From contig JBDHDE010000052.1 in the NCBI GenBank assembly GCA_039591655.1, forward strand, positions 1-20,632: a stretch of DNA of 20,632 nucleotides, read 5' to 3'. Numbering within the stretch: position 1 is the stretch's first letter; every line of letters begins with the position of its first letter. Made by a program: the position numbers and the translations under genes. This DNA is from Gemmatimonadota bacterium. Lineage in GTDB: Bacteria; Gemmatimonadota; Gemmatimonadetes; Gemmatimonadales; GWC2-71-9. Under the pieces are notes generated by a model that was given only the letters and a program-made list of their open reading frames with translations, was not told the origin of the DNA and did not search any database. Below are positions 1-10,607 of the stretch, piece by piece.

Positions 1-1829
<1,829 letters not shown>

Positions 1830-1862
1830 TCTTGGTCTCTCGAGCATGTCGAGCTGAGCTCC

Positions 1863-2078
1863 ATGGCCCGTGTGTGCGATATCTGTGGCAAGGGACCGAA
1901 GTTTGGTCACCACGTGAGCCACGCCAACAACAAGACCAATCGGCGCTGGTACCCGAACCTGCAGCGCGTCCGCGCCCTCGTGAACGGCGAGGTCAGGCGG
2001 ATCCGCGCCTGCACCCAGTGCATCAAGTCGGGCCGCGTGACCAAGGCCCCCCGGGGGGCGGCCACCCCGGCTGCCTGA
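1863..2078 (+). CDS. rpmB: 50S ribosomal protein L28 (Zn-ribbon form)
   Basis: [34 protein letters not shown]...CTQCIKSG; 71 aa from ATG 1863 (C-terminal part of track ORF 1725..2078). Confidence 0.97.
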   Translation: MARVCDICGKGPKFGHHVSHANNKTNRRWYPNLQRVRALVNGEVRRIRACTQCIKSGRVTKAPRGAATPAA

Positions 2079-2102
2079 CCCACGGCGGCCGACCGACCTA
2101 AG

Positions 2103-2136
2103 AAAACGGGGACCGTGAGGTCCCCGTTGTCGTTTT
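2103..2136. terminator. bidirectional intrinsic terminator between convergent rpmB and rplQ
   Basis: 10-bp stem AACGGGGACC / GGTCCCCGTT (2105-2128) with GTGA loop; AAAA on the left, TTGTCGTTTT on the right. Confidence 0.8.
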
Positions 2137-2155
2137 GGCCTGTCCCGACCCCCGC

Positions 2156-2512
2156 TCACTCACCGAGAAGCTCGATCCGCGCCAACTCGGCGCCATCCCC
2201 GCTCCGGTGGCCGAGCTTGAGGATCCTGGTGTAGCCGCCGGGACGGCCAGCGAAGCGCGGGCCGATCTCCGCGAACAGGCGGCCGCTGACTGCGCGATCC
2301 TTGATGTACCGCTCCACCTGCCGCCTGGCGTGCAGATCGCCACGCCGTGCCAGCGTGATGAGACGCTCGGCAAACGGCCGCAGCTCCTTGGCCTTGGCCA
2401 CGGTCGTCTCCACCCGCTCGTGCTGGAACAGCGAGGTCGCCATGTTCCGCAGCATCGCCTTGCGATGCGCTGTCGTCCGGCTCAGCTGACGCCCCTTCAC
2501 GCGGTGCCGCAC
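2156..2512 (-). CDS. rplQ: 50S ribosomal protein L17
   Basis: GTG start at 2512: MRHRVKGRQLSRTTAHRKAMLRNMATSLF...ETTVAKAKELR...RPGGYTRILKLG; follows rpoA. Confidence 0.97.
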   Translation of the reverse strand: MRHRVKGRQLSRTTAHRKAMLRNMATSLFQHERVETTVAKAKELRPFAERLITLARRGDLHARRQVERYIKDRAVSGRLFAEIGPRFAGRPGGYTRILKLGHRSGDGAELARIELLGE

Positions 2513-2516
2513 GGCC

Positions 2517-3584
2517 CTACTCTCCCCCCTCGCCCTCGGCGGCCTCATCGCTGGGCGGGGTCACCGTCGCCGCCACGCCCTCCTGGGCCCCCGCAGGTAC
2601 CTCACGCTCCTCGAGCTTCATGCCGAAGCTCAGGCCCTCGCGGTCCAGCATCTCTGCGATCTCGGACAGCGCCTTCTCGCCGACGTTCTTGACCTTGAGG
2701 AGCTCGTCACCACTGAACCGCACGAGATCGGCCAGCGTACTGATGCCGGAGTTCTTGAGCGAGTTGATGGAGCGGACCGAGAGCCCACAGTCGTCGATGG
2801 GCTTGGCCAGCAGGTCGTTGAGCTCGGCGTCGTCCTTGTCCGAGGCCGCCGCCACGACCTCCCGCGGCGCCATGGGCAGCCGGCCGAAGTCGAGGAAGAA
2901 GCGCAAGTGCTCCTGCAGCAGCGCCGCCGCGTACGACACGGCGTCCTCAGGCGCGATCGCGCCGTTGGTCTCCACCGACAGCGTCAGGCTGTCGTAGTCG
3001 GTGCGCTGCCCCACGCGGGTCTCCTGCACCGTGAAGTTGGCGCGCCGCACCGGATTGTACATCGCGTCGACGCGCACTACATCCACCGGCAGGGATCGGT
3101 CCACCGCGTGCTGCGCCGCTTCCTGATACCCCCGGCCCTGGTTGACGTATAGCTGGCCGGTGATCACCCGGTCCTCTTGCAGGGTGAACAGCACATGCTC
3201 GGGATGCACCAACTCCACGGCCGCGTTCGGAACGATGTGCTTGGCCATCACGGGACCGGCCTTCTCGGCCCTGATCTCCAGCACGGCCTCCTCGACATCC
3301 TCGGCCATCGTCAGGGTCAACGACTTCAGCCGCTGGATGATCTGATGGATGTCCTCGACGACGCCCGGCACGGTCTGGTGCTCGTGCACCACACCCTCCA
3401 GCCGGAACGCCCACACGGCCGCGCCCCGGAGTGAGGCCAAGAGCATCCGTCTCAGCGCGTTCCCCAGGGTGTACCCGTAGCCGCGCTCGAGCGGCTGGAG
3501 ACGAAACTCAGCCGCATGCAGGAGGTCTTCCCGCTTCGTCATCTCGACCAAGTGCGGTCGGACGAGACCTGTCAAATCAATCAT
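2517..3584 (-). CDS. rpoA: DNA-directed RNA polymerase subunit alpha
   Basis: PLERGYGYTLGNALRRMLL, GRGY, TRVGQRTDYDSL, alpha-CTD LSVRSINSLKN...KNVGEKALSEI; located between rpsD and rplQ. Confidence 0.97.
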   Translation of the reverse strand: MIDLTGLVRPHLVEMTKREDLLHAAEFRLQPLERGYGYTLGNALRRMLLASLRGAAVWAFRLEGVVHEHQTVPGVVEDIHQIIQRLKSLTLTMAEDVEEAVLEIRAEKAGPVMAKHIVPNAAVELVHPEHVLFTLQEDRVITGQLYVNQGRGYQEAAQHAVDRSLPVDVVRVDAMYNPVRRANFTVQETRVGQRTDYDSLTLSVETNGAIAPEDAVSYAAALLQEHLRFFLDFGRLPMAPREVVAAASDKDDAELNDLLAKPIDDCGLSVRSINSLKNSGISTLADLVRFSGDELLKVKNVGEKALSEIAEMLDREGLSFGMKLEEREVPAGAQEGVAATVTPPSDEAAEGEGGE

Positions 3585-3588
3585 CTGG

Positions 3589-4224
3589 TTATTTGGAGTA
3601 GAGCTCGACGATTAGCTGCTCCTGCGCAGCCACCGGGATGTGCTCGCGGGTGGGCAGCTCGGTTAACTTGCCAGCGACCTTCTCGGTATCGACGGTGAGC
3701 CACGACACCGGAGTCGCGCGGGACAGCGCCTCGAGCGACTGCCGCACGACGACGAGTTCACGACTCGCCTCGGAAACACGCACCTCGTCATTGGGCCGCA
3801 CCACGTAGGACGGAACGTCCACCGTCCGCCCGTTCACCTCGACGTGCCGGTGCCGCACGAGCTGGCGCGCCGACTTGCGGCTGGGGGCGAAGCCCAGACG
3901 ATGCACGACGTTGTCCAGCCGCGTCTCCAGCGCCACGAGCAGATTCTCCCCGGTCACGCCCGGCTGCGGCCGGACCCGGTCGAACGTGTTGCGGAACTGG
4001 CGCTCGGTGAGGCCGTAGATGCGCTTCACCTTCTGCTTCTCGCGCAACTGCTTCTGATATTCGGACGCCTTGCGCCGGCGGCTCATCGCCTGGCCGTGCT
4101 GGCCCGGCGGGTAAGCCCGGCGATCGACCGCGCACTTCTCCGTGAGGCAGCGCGTGCCCTTGAGGAACAGCTTCGTGCCCTCGCGGCGGCAGAGCTTGCA
4201 GACGGGACCGGTATAGCGTGCCAT
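3589..4224 (-). CDS. rpsD: 30S ribosomal protein S4
   Basis: [49 protein letters not shown]. Confidence 0.98.
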   Translation of the reverse strand: MARYTGPVCKLCRREGTKLFLKGTRCLTEKCAVDRRAYPPGQHGQAMSRRRKASEYQKQLREKQKVKRIYGLTERQFRNTFDRVRPQPGVTGENLLVALETRLDNVVHRLGFAPSRKSARQLVRHRHVEVNGRTVDVPSYVVRPNDEVRVSEASRELVVVRQSLEALSRATPVSWLTVDTEKVAGKLTELPTREHIPVAAQEQLIVELYSK

Positions 4225-4227
4225 CGC

Positions 4228-4614
4228 TTACACCCGCCGCTTCTTGGGCGGCCGGCACCCGTTGTGGGGGATCGGCGTGACGTCGCGGATGGACTTGACC
4301 TCGAGCCCCGCCGAGGCCAGTGCCTGAATCGCAGACTCACGCCCCGATCCGGGACCCTGCACCCGCACGTGCACGCGCCGCACTCCCATGTTGGCGGCCT
4401 CGCGCCCGCAGTTCTCCGCCGCCACCGTGGCCGCGAAGGAAGTGGACTTCTTGGAGCCTTTGAATCCCGACTTGCCAGCGGAACCCCACACGATGGTGTT
4501 TCCCTGCATGTCGGTGATCGTGATGAGCGTGTTGTTGAAGGTGGCCGTGATGTGGGCGATGGCGTCCGCCTCGACGACCTTCTTACGCTTGGGACCTGAC
4601 TGTGCTTGGGCCAT
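4228..4614 (-). CDS. rpsK: 30S ribosomal protein S11
   Basis: [40 protein letters not shown]. Confidence 0.98.
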   Translation of the reverse strand: MAQAQSGPKRKKVVEADAIAHITATFNNTLITITDMQGNTIVWGSAGKSGFKGSKKSTSFAATVAAENCGREAANMGVRRVHVRVQGPGSGRESAIQALASAGLEVKSIRDVTPIPHNGCRPPKKRRV

Positions 4615-4615
4615 A

Positions 4616-4996
4616 CTACTTCTTCACCGCTTTCTTCTTGCCGGCGATGGGACGACGCGGCCCTTTCTTGGTCCGCGCGTTGGTATGCGTTCGCTGCCCC
4701 CGCACCGGCAGCCCGCGGCGGTGTCTGAGACCCCGGTAGCTGCCGATATCCATGAGGCGCTTGATGTTCATCGCCACTTCGGTTCTGAGCGCGCCTTCGA
4801 CCTTCACCTGCCGCTCGATGGCCTGACGCAGCCGCGCCACCTCAGCGTCGCTGAGGTCGCGCACCCGGGTCTCTGGGTTCACCGCCGTGTCGTCCAGCAC
4901 CTGCTGGGCGGTGGTCCGGCCGACGCCGTAGATGTAGGTCAGCGCGATCTCGACGCGCTTCTCTCGGGGTAGGTCCACCCCAGCAATACGTGCCAT
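4616..4996 (-). CDS. rpsM: 30S ribosomal protein S13
   Basis: [51 protein letters not shown]. Confidence 0.98.
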   Translation of the reverse strand: MARIAGVDLPREKRVEIALTYIYGVGRTTAQQVLDDTAVNPETRVRDLSDAEVARLRQAIERQVKVEGALRTEVAMNIKRLMDIGSYRGLRHRRGLPVRGQRTHTNARTKKGPRRPIAGKKKAVKK

Positions 4997-4998
4997 GT

Positions 4999-5115
4999 TC
5001 AGCCCTGCCGCTGCTTGTGTTTCGGGTTACGCTTGCAGATGACCCGCGTGACACCCTTTCGGCGGATCACCTTGCAGTGCTCACAGATCGGCTTGACACT
5101 CGAACGGACTTTCAA
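4999..5115 (-). CDS. rpmJ: 50S ribosomal protein L36 (Zn-binding form)
   Basis: Below the ORF-track length cutoff; manual translation from TTG at 5115: [38 protein letters not shown], with GGGAG upstream. Confidence 0.96.
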   Translation of the reverse strand: MKVRSSVKPICEHCKVIRRKGVTRVICKRNPKHKQRQG

Positions 5116-5151
5116 GGCCGCTCCCTGCAATGAGTTGGAAACGAGCCTAGC

Positions 5152-5180
5152 AATATAGAAAGGGGGTAGTCGGGATGCAA
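5152..5180 (-). promoter_or_regulatory. sigma70-type promoter of the rpmJ-rplQ (alpha) operon
   Basis: TTGCAT-17 nt-TATATT on the minus strand, 36 nt upstream of rpmJ. Confidence 0.75.
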
Positions 5181-5187
5181 CCGGGCA

Positions 5188-5625
5188 TCAGGGCGCGACG
5201 CGCACCTCTCGCAACCGCCAGCTCCCCTCCAGGAACCGGAACCCCAAGAACACCGTCTCCTCCAGCTCCTCGTCGGTACCTCGCACCACATAGCGGCGTG
5301 CCACCTCGGCGTAGGCGTGGTCCTCGGCGAGCTGCCGGACGTCGACCAGCAGGAAGCTCCGCTCCTGGGAGGGGTCCAGGTAGCGCTCCAGCAGCCGCGC
5401 CGCCTGCTCAGGCCTGACCGACGCCGACGCGGCGATCCCCGGCAGCCTGAGCCTGACGGTGTCGCTGTGCCGCACCAGGTCCTGCGCATCGTGCCCCAGC
5501 CACGCCGTCCGGGCGCGCTCCACGGCGCTATCCAGCTCCACCTGGCCCCGGGCTGGGGGCGCCATTGCCAGGAGCGCCGCCGCCAGTAGGCCCGTCGGCT
5601 TCGCCAGTCGCCGAAGTCCGGTCAT
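5188..5625 (-). CDS. hypothetical secreted protein (about 145 aa)
   Basis: ATG at 5625 overlaps the pyrF stop (ATGA); signal-peptide-like N-terminus (MTGLRRLAKPTGLLAAALLAMAPPARG/Q); mature part loosely NTF2-like. Confidence 0.7.
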   Translation of the reverse strand: MTGLRRLAKPTGLLAAALLAMAPPARGQVELDSAVERARTAWLGHDAQDLVRHSDTVRLRLPGIAASASVRPEQAARLLERYLDPSQERSFLLVDVRQLAEDHAYAEVARRYVVRGTDEELEETVFLGFRFLEGSWRLREVRVAP

Positions 5626-6302
5626 GATGCCGCCTCGCATAGGCTCTGATACACCGCTTGTGGGTCATCGGCTCGGGTGATGGGGCGCCCAACCACCAGA
5701 TGCGTGGCACCCGCCCGGACCGCGGCGGCCGGCTCCGCCGCCCGCCGTTGGTCGTCCTCGGCCGACCCGGCGGGCCTGATTCCCGGCACCACCACCCACC
5801 GCTCGGGGCCGGACACCTGCCTGACCGCCTCCACCTCCAGCGGGGAGGTGACGATGGCGTGCACACCGGCACCCAACGCCAGGCGGGCCAGCCGCACGAC
5901 CTCTGGCGCGAGGCCGCCGGAGCCTGAGCTGCCCACCGTTTCCCGGTACTCCGCCGGCTCGTGGGAGGTGAGCACCGTGACGGCCGCAAGCCGCATGGCG
6001 CCACAGGCCTCCACCGCTGCCTGCAACATGGCACGCCCGCCGAGGGCGTGCACGCTGGCGAGGTCCACCCCCAGGGCCGCCGCGGCGCGGGCCGCCCCCG
6101 CCACCGTGGTGGGGATGTCGTGCCACTTGAGGTCCAGAAAGACGCTCACGCCCCGGGACTTGAGCTCCCGCACCAGCGTCGGCCCCTCCGGCACGAACAG
6201 CACGGGGCCCAGCTTGGCCCACCGCAGTCCGGGCAGCCGGTCGACCAGCGCCAGGGCCTCCGGTGCAGTAGCCGTGTCCAGCGCGACAACCACCTCAGCC
6301 AC
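5622..6302 (-). CDS. pyrF: orotidine-5'-phosphate decarboxylase
   Basis: GTG start at 6302 after GGAGGA; VVVALD, catalytic FLDLKWHDIPTTV, VTVLTS, PGIRP, DDQRR, VVGRPIT. Confidence 0.95.
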   Translation of the reverse strand: MAEVVVALDTATAPEALALVDRLPGLRWAKLGPVLFVPEGPTLVRELKSRGVSVFLDLKWHDIPTTVAGAARAAAALGVDLASVHALGGRAMLQAAVEACGAMRLAAVTVLTSHEPAEYRETVGSSGSGGLAPEVVRLARLALGAGVHAIVTSPLEVEAVRQVSGPERWVVVPGIRPAGSAEDDQRRAAEPAAAVRAGATHLVVGRPITRADDPQAVYQSLCEAAS

Positions 6303-7176
6303 GGGTCCTCCACTGTGCCGCCAACCGCTCCGGCACCCGCGGGTCCGCCAGCGCCGCGGTGCCCACCGCCACCAGCGCGGCCCCCGCCTCGAGGTATTGG
6401 TCGACGTCCTCCAGGGTGCGGACGCCGCCAACGCCGATGACGGGAAGCCCGGTGCGCTGCTTTACCTGGCTCGTCGCCAGCACCCCGACGGGGAGCAGGG
6501 CGGGCCCGCTCACACCACCCTTGCCGTAACCGAGCCGGTGCGCCGCCCCGCTCCCCGGGTCGAAGCGGAACAGCGTCCCGGGAATCGTATTCACCAGGCT
6601 GAAGCCATCGGCGCCCGCCTCGGCTGCAGCCTCGGCGGTCGCCGGGAGGTTGGGGAGCGTGGGGGCGAGCTTCACCACCAGCGGCCGGTCCGTGGCAGAG
6701 CGGCAGCGGCGCACCAGGTCCCCCAACACGGCCGCGTCCGCCCCGAACTCCTCACCGCCGCGATCGGTGTTGGGACAGGACACGTTGAGCTCGAACGCGG
6801 TGACGACGGCGTGAGCGGTGAGCCGCTCCACTACGGTGGGATAGTCGTCCGGCACGGACCCCACCACGTTCACCAGCACCCGGGCCCGGGTGAGGTGCTG
6901 GGCCAGCCAGGGAAGCTCCACCGAGTCCACCCGCTCCAGGCCGGGGTTGGCGAGTCCGACGGCGTTGAGCATGCCCCCCTCGAACTCCGCCACCCGAGGC
7001 GCCGCGTTGCCCACCCGCGGCTCTGGACTCACGGCCTTGGTCACCAGTCCCCCCAGGCGATCCAAGTCGATCACCTCGGCCACCTCCCGACCGAAGCCCG
7101 CCGTCCCGGCGGCGAGAAGGATGGGGTTCTGGAAGATGGTGCCGAAGGCGTTGATGGGGGGCGAGGCTGTCGGCAC
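6295..7176 (-). CDS. pyrD: dihydroorotate dehydrogenase, family 1 catalytic subunit
   Basis: AAGTAGFG, GN..PR, MLNAVGLANPG, active-site ELNVSCPN, VKLAP, LVNT, GGVSG, IGVGGV. Confidence 0.93.
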   Translation of the reverse strand: MPTASPPINAFGTIFQNPILLAAGTAGFGREVAEVIDLDRLGGLVTKAVSPEPRVGNAAPRVAEFEGGMLNAVGLANPGLERVDSVELPWLAQHLTRARVLVNVVGSVPDDYPTVVERLTAHAVVTAFELNVSCPNTDRGGEEFGADAAVLGDLVRRCRSATDRPLVVKLAPTLPNLPATAEAAAEAGADGFSLVNTIPGTLFRFDPGSGAAHRLGYGKGGVSGPALLPVGVLATSQVKQRTGLPVIGVGGVRTLEDVDQYLEAGAALVAVGTAALADPRVPERLAAQWRTRG

Positions 7177-7182
7177 GGTGCG

Positions 7183-8568
7183 CTACCGCCGGCGCCGGAG
7201 CTCGACGTCGTCGGCGCCCTCGACGCCCCGTTCCTCGGCGTCGTCGCCCAACCCCACCGCGATGAGCACCCGGAGGGAGTCCTCGGCAGCCTGGAAGGCG
7301 GCCCCGGCCTGGCCGTCGAGGGCCAGCCGGTAGGGCGAGTCGGGATAGCGCTGGTGCAACAAGGCGATGGCCGAGTCCGCTCCCGACCGATCGAGGAGGG
7401 CCGCCGCTAGCAGGGCTTTCGGAGCCACGAAGGACTCCGGATGAGTGGCGGGGATCATCCAGAAGAGCGCAACCGCGAGCGGCGCAGCGCCGAGTGAATC
7501 CCGCATGAACTCCGCAGTCCCGAACAGCACCGCCCCCGACGGATCCAACTCCGGCTCCCGCACCACGATCGTGGCCAAACGAAGAGCGCGGGAGTACGGG
7601 GCGGCTGCACGCCGCGCGGTGCCGCTCCGCCGTGCGGCCCCCTCCAGGGTTGCCACGAGCTCCAGCAGGCGTTCTGCGCTGGCCGTCTGCCGCAGTTCCA
7701 ACAGCGCCAGCCGCACCTGGGCCGCTGCCCCCTCGGCGGAGTCGGGCGCCGCTGCCCGGGCCAGTGCGAAGCGCTCCCCAGCCGACACGCGCTCGCCGGC
7801 GGCCTCCCACCGCTCCCCGTCGTTCAGGAAGAGGCGAGCCCGCTCGCCCACCGTGAGATCGGGCCGGACCGCTAACTGATCCACCAGCTCGGCTGCCGCC
7901 CAGGGATCGGCTTCTCCCAGGGAATCCAACGCGCCGAGCCAGCGGACTTCATCATACGGTCCGGGCACCCGGGCTTGGAGCGCCGCCCGGGCATCGTCGA
8001 CCCGCCCGAGGGTGGTGTAGCCCGTAGCCAGATCGAATGCCGCCGAATCGGGGTCGGCGCGCTCGAGATCGCGCACCGCCGCCGTGTAGTCACCCAGCGC
8101 CATCCCGGCTCGCCCCCGCCACCACAGGGCCCGCCGCGCCAGGTCGCTCTCTCCCTGCGCCACCACCGGCGTCAGCACGGCCACGGCCGAATCGTACTGG
8201 CGCAGCTCGACCCGGCACTCACCCAGGAGCAGCCGGGCACGCTGCCGCAGAGCGGCGTCCGGGCTCGAATCCACGGCCAGCCTGAGGGGCGCCTGAGCGC
8301 TGCGGCATGCCCCGGACTCCTTGAGCCCGCGTCCCCAGAGGAGGAGGGCGTCATCCCGCCACTTGCTCTTCGAGAACCGCGTCGCCACCGATTCGGCCCG
8401 CACCGCCGCCTGGCCCCACAGGGATCGCGCCTCACCCGAGCGGCCCTCGCGCTGCGCTGCCTCGGCCTCGCCGGCCAGCCGGTTCGCATTGTACAGACCG
8501 TTGTAGTAGGCGCACCCGGCGGCGACCAGGAGGAGCCATCCGGTGGCACCCAGCCAGCGCCGCGTCAT
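7183..8568 (-). CDS. TPR-repeat lipoprotein
   Basis: Lipobox-like LLLVAAG/C followed by AYYNGLYNA; helical repeats (SKWRDDALLLWGR, ALWWRGRA, APKALLAAA, YPDSPY); ATGA overlap with the amidase stop. Confidence 0.8.
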   Translation of the reverse strand: MTRRWLGATGWLLLVAAGCAYYNGLYNANRLAGEAEAAQREGRSGEARSLWGQAAVRAESVATRFSKSKWRDDALLLWGRGLKESGACRSAQAPLRLAVDSSPDAALRQRARLLLGECRVELRQYDSAVAVLTPVVAQGESDLARRALWWRGRAGMALGDYTAAVRDLERADPDSAAFDLATGYTTLGRVDDARAALQARVPGPYDEVRWLGALDSLGEADPWAAAELVDQLAVRPDLTVGERARLFLNDGERWEAAGERVSAGERFALARAAAPDSAEGAAAQVRLALLELRQTASAERLLELVATLEGAARRSGTARRAAAPYSRALRLATIVVREPELDPSGAVLFGTAEFMRDSLGAAPLAVALFWMIPATHPESFVAPKALLAAALLDRSGADSAIALLHQRYPDSPYRLALDGQAGAAFQAAEDSLRVLIAVGLGDDAEERGVEGADDVELRRRR

Positions 8569-9800
8569 GGCTCGGACTCCACGAGCACCTTCTCCTCGTA
8601 CTGCTTGAGGTAGGCCTCGATCCCGCCGGCGACCGCCTCCGCCAGTCTTCGCTGGCCGCTCTGCGAGGCGATGAAGTCGGCGTCACGCCGGTTGGTGGCG
8701 AAGCCCGCCTCGAGCAGGACCGCAGGACGGGTCGCCGTCGCTAACACCACGAACCGGTTCTGCGCCACCCCCCGGTCCTCACCCGGGTGCACCCGCGCTG
8801 CCCGGGACTGCACCAGGTCCGCCAGCAGCGCCGACTCCCGCAGGAACTCGTTGGTGTGCAGGTCCTTGAAGATGAACTCGAGATCCTCGTCCATCGCGGC
8901 GGCGCCTCCCGTCTCGTACCGCAGGGCGTCGTTCTCCATCTCCGCCACCCGGCGTGCTTCGGCGGTGAGCGCATCGCCCAGGAAGTACGTCTCGACGCCG
9001 TTTACCCGCTCGAATCCGTACGAGCGGCGCAGGCTGTTGACGTGGACGCTGATGAACAGGTCGCACTCGGCTCGGCACATGCGCGCTCGGTCGCGCAGGT
9101 CGATGAGCGTATCCCCGGTGCGGGTCATGACGACCTCGATCCCCCGGTCCAGGAGCTCGCCCCGCAGCAGCCGGGAGATCGCCAGCGTAACGTGTTTCTC
9201 CTGGACACCCCGGGGCAGGTAGCGACCCGGATTGCCGTTGTCCACGCCGCCGTGTCCGGCATCCACCACCACCCGATGAGCCATCTGGAATCCATTCCGC
9301 CGCGCGCGCTCGGAGGGCGGGCGGCGGTTGGGCACCGCCAGGGTGGTCGGCAGGCTCGCGGTCGCCACGGGGGCCAGGCGCGCCTCCTCGAACCGTGCGG
9401 CGCCCGGATCGTAGCGGTACCCCTCACTGAACAGCGCCGGGATGTGCTCCGCCAGCCACTGCAGCGGCACGAACAGGGTGTCCCGGGCCACGAAGGCGCC
9501 GCCGACCAGCGGCACCACGCGGCTCTCGTGCACCAGCACCGGGGCCCCCAGCAGGAAGCGGAAGGGGTGGCCCGCGAACGCCACCACGGCCCAACCACCC
9601 ACCTGGCGACTCGCGATGGGAAGCAGTCGCTGGAGGGTCGGCGCCGGCAGGGCCGGGTGGCCACGCTCCACGCTCACCGGAACGGCGACCTCGCCCCTGG
9701 CGGTTGCCACGATGACGGCCCGGGGCACCGCAGTCGGAGGGGAAGTCTCGGACCCGGCGACGAGCACGCCGACCACGGCGGCGAGCAACAGCCCCCTCAT
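8565..9800 (-). CDS. N-acetylmuramoyl-L-alanine amidase (Amidase_3 family) with signal peptide
   Basis: VVVDAGHGG.D, EKHVTL, MTR..D, FISVHVN, GVETYFL, AVLLEAGFATN include the Zn ligands and catalytic Glu; ATGA overlap with the smpB stop. Confidence 0.92.
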   Translation of the reverse strand: MRGLLLAAVVGVLVAGSETSPPTAVPRAVIVATARGEVAVPVSVERGHPALPAPTLQRLLPIASRQVGGWAVVAFAGHPFRFLLGAPVLVHESRVVPLVGGAFVARDTLFVPLQWLAEHIPALFSEGYRYDPGAARFEEARLAPVATASLPTTLAVPNRRPPSERARRNGFQMAHRVVVDAGHGGVDNGNPGRYLPRGVQEKHVTLAISRLLRGELLDRGIEVVMTRTGDTLIDLRDRARMCRAECDLFISVHVNSLRRSYGFERVNGVETYFLGDALTAEARRVAEMENDALRYETGGAAAMDEDLEFIFKDLHTNEFLRESALLADLVQSRAARVHPGEDRGVAQNRFVVLATATRPAVLLEAGFATNRRDADFIASQSGQRRLAEAVAGGIEAYLKQYEEKVLVESEP

Positions 9801-10276
9801 CGGCGGCGTCCTATGGAGCGGGCGGCCTCCCGCTCTGCGGCGCGGCGTTTCAGGTCCTCACGCTTGTCGTGAGCCCGCTTCCCGCGACCGAGGGCGATTG
9901 TCACCTTCGCCCAGCCCTTCGACAGGTGAATGTCCAGCGGGACCAGGGTGAGCCCCTTCTGCTCGAAAGCGCCGATGAGCCGCCGCAACTCGGGGCGATG
10001 CATGAGGAGCTTGCGCGGACGCGTCGGGTCATGATTGGCGTATCCCCCGGACTCGTACGGGGAGATGTTCATGCCTTCCAGCCACACCTCGGCCCGGCGC
10101 ACCACCCCGAAGGCACCTTTGAGGCTGACCTTGCCGGCGCGGATCGACTTGATCTCGCTCCCCGTCAGAACGAGACCGGCCTCCCACGTCTCTAGAATGT
10201 GGTAGTCGTGACGGGCCTTGGGGTTCCGGGCCACGGCGTGGCCGGTTCGGCCGGCTGACCGGGTCTTGGGTGACAC
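9797..10276 (-). CDS. smpB: SsrA-binding protein
   Basis: NPKARHDYHILETWEAGLVLTGSEIKSIR, HDPTRPRKLLMH, GLTLVPL, GRGKRAHDKRE. Confidence 0.97.
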   Translation of the reverse strand: MSPKTRSAGRTGHAVARNPKARHDYHILETWEAGLVLTGSEIKSIRAGKVSLKGAFGVVRRAEVWLEGMNISPYESGGYANHDPTRPRKLLMHRPELRRLIGAFEQKGLTLVPLDIHLSKGWAKVTIALGRGKRAHDKREDLKRRAAEREAARSIGRRR

Positions 10277-10287
10277 GAGCTAAATGC

Positions 10288-10315
10288 AAGATAGAAAAGA
10301 GGTTCCGAAAATCAA
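10288..10315 (-). promoter_or_regulatory. putative sigma70 promoter of the smpB operon
   Basis: TTGATT-16 nt-TATCTT in an AT-rich patch; -10 ends 11 nt before the GTG start. Confidence 0.55.
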
Positions 10316-10354
10316 GCAAGCCCCGGATGGGTCGATTGCGGCTGCCGGATGCGA

Positions 10355-10388
10355 ACGAGGGCGCCGCGGTTGACCCCGGCGCCCTCGT
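10355..10388 (-). terminator. strong hairpin downstream of tRNA-Leu (terminator or processing site)
   Basis: Perfect 12-bp inverted repeat ACGAGGGCGCCG / CGGCGCCCTCGT; U-tract is weak. Confidence 0.5.
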
Positions 10389-10436
10389 CTCGTTAGCCCG
10401 TCGCCCCACCGCAGGTGCCCAGCGGGGCCTCCCACA

Positions 10437-10520
10437 TGCCGAAGGTGGGATTCGAACCCACACGGGCTTACGCCCACTGCGCCCTGAACGCAGCGCGTCT
10501 ACCAGTTCCACCACTTCGGC
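10437..10520 (-). tRNA. tRNA-Leu(CAG), CCA not encoded
   Basis: GCCGAAG acceptor stem pairing with CTTCGGC-A; D-loop GGAACTGGTAGA; anticodon arm CTGCG-TTCAGGG-CGCAG; long variable arm GGGC-GTAA-GCCC; T-loop GGTTCGAATCC. Confidence 0.97.
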
Positions 10521-10564
10521 GAGAGTGGCGCGGGAACGTCCGTAATGTCCCCGCGGCGGACCTG

Positions 10565-10594
10565 AATCTACACGGAAGCGGGGGGCGACGCCAA
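10565..10594 (-). promoter_or_regulatory. putative promoter for tRNA-Leu
   Basis: TTGGCG-18 nt-TAGATT, -10 element 44 nt upstream of the tRNA 5' end. Confidence 0.45.
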
Positions 10595-10607
10595 GCGCGG
10601 GCGCGTC

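Noticed and set aside
1863..5115. Zn-binding (C+) forms of L28, L36 and S4 as a special finding
   Set aside because: C+ forms are the common state of these proteins in many phyla.
5677..7410. Long plus-strand ORFs (577 aa here; also 126..935, 8787..9872, 10731..11618, 18504..19550)
   Set aside because: Antisense shadows of well-supported minus-strand genes, expected in high-GC DNA; no recognisable motifs.
10320..10520. Integrative element at tRNA-Leu, or a tmRNA gene next to smpB
   Set aside because: No integrase, no duplicated tRNA 3' end and no compositional shift; the 160-nt gap is too short for ssrA and lacks its GGGG...TCCACCA ends.
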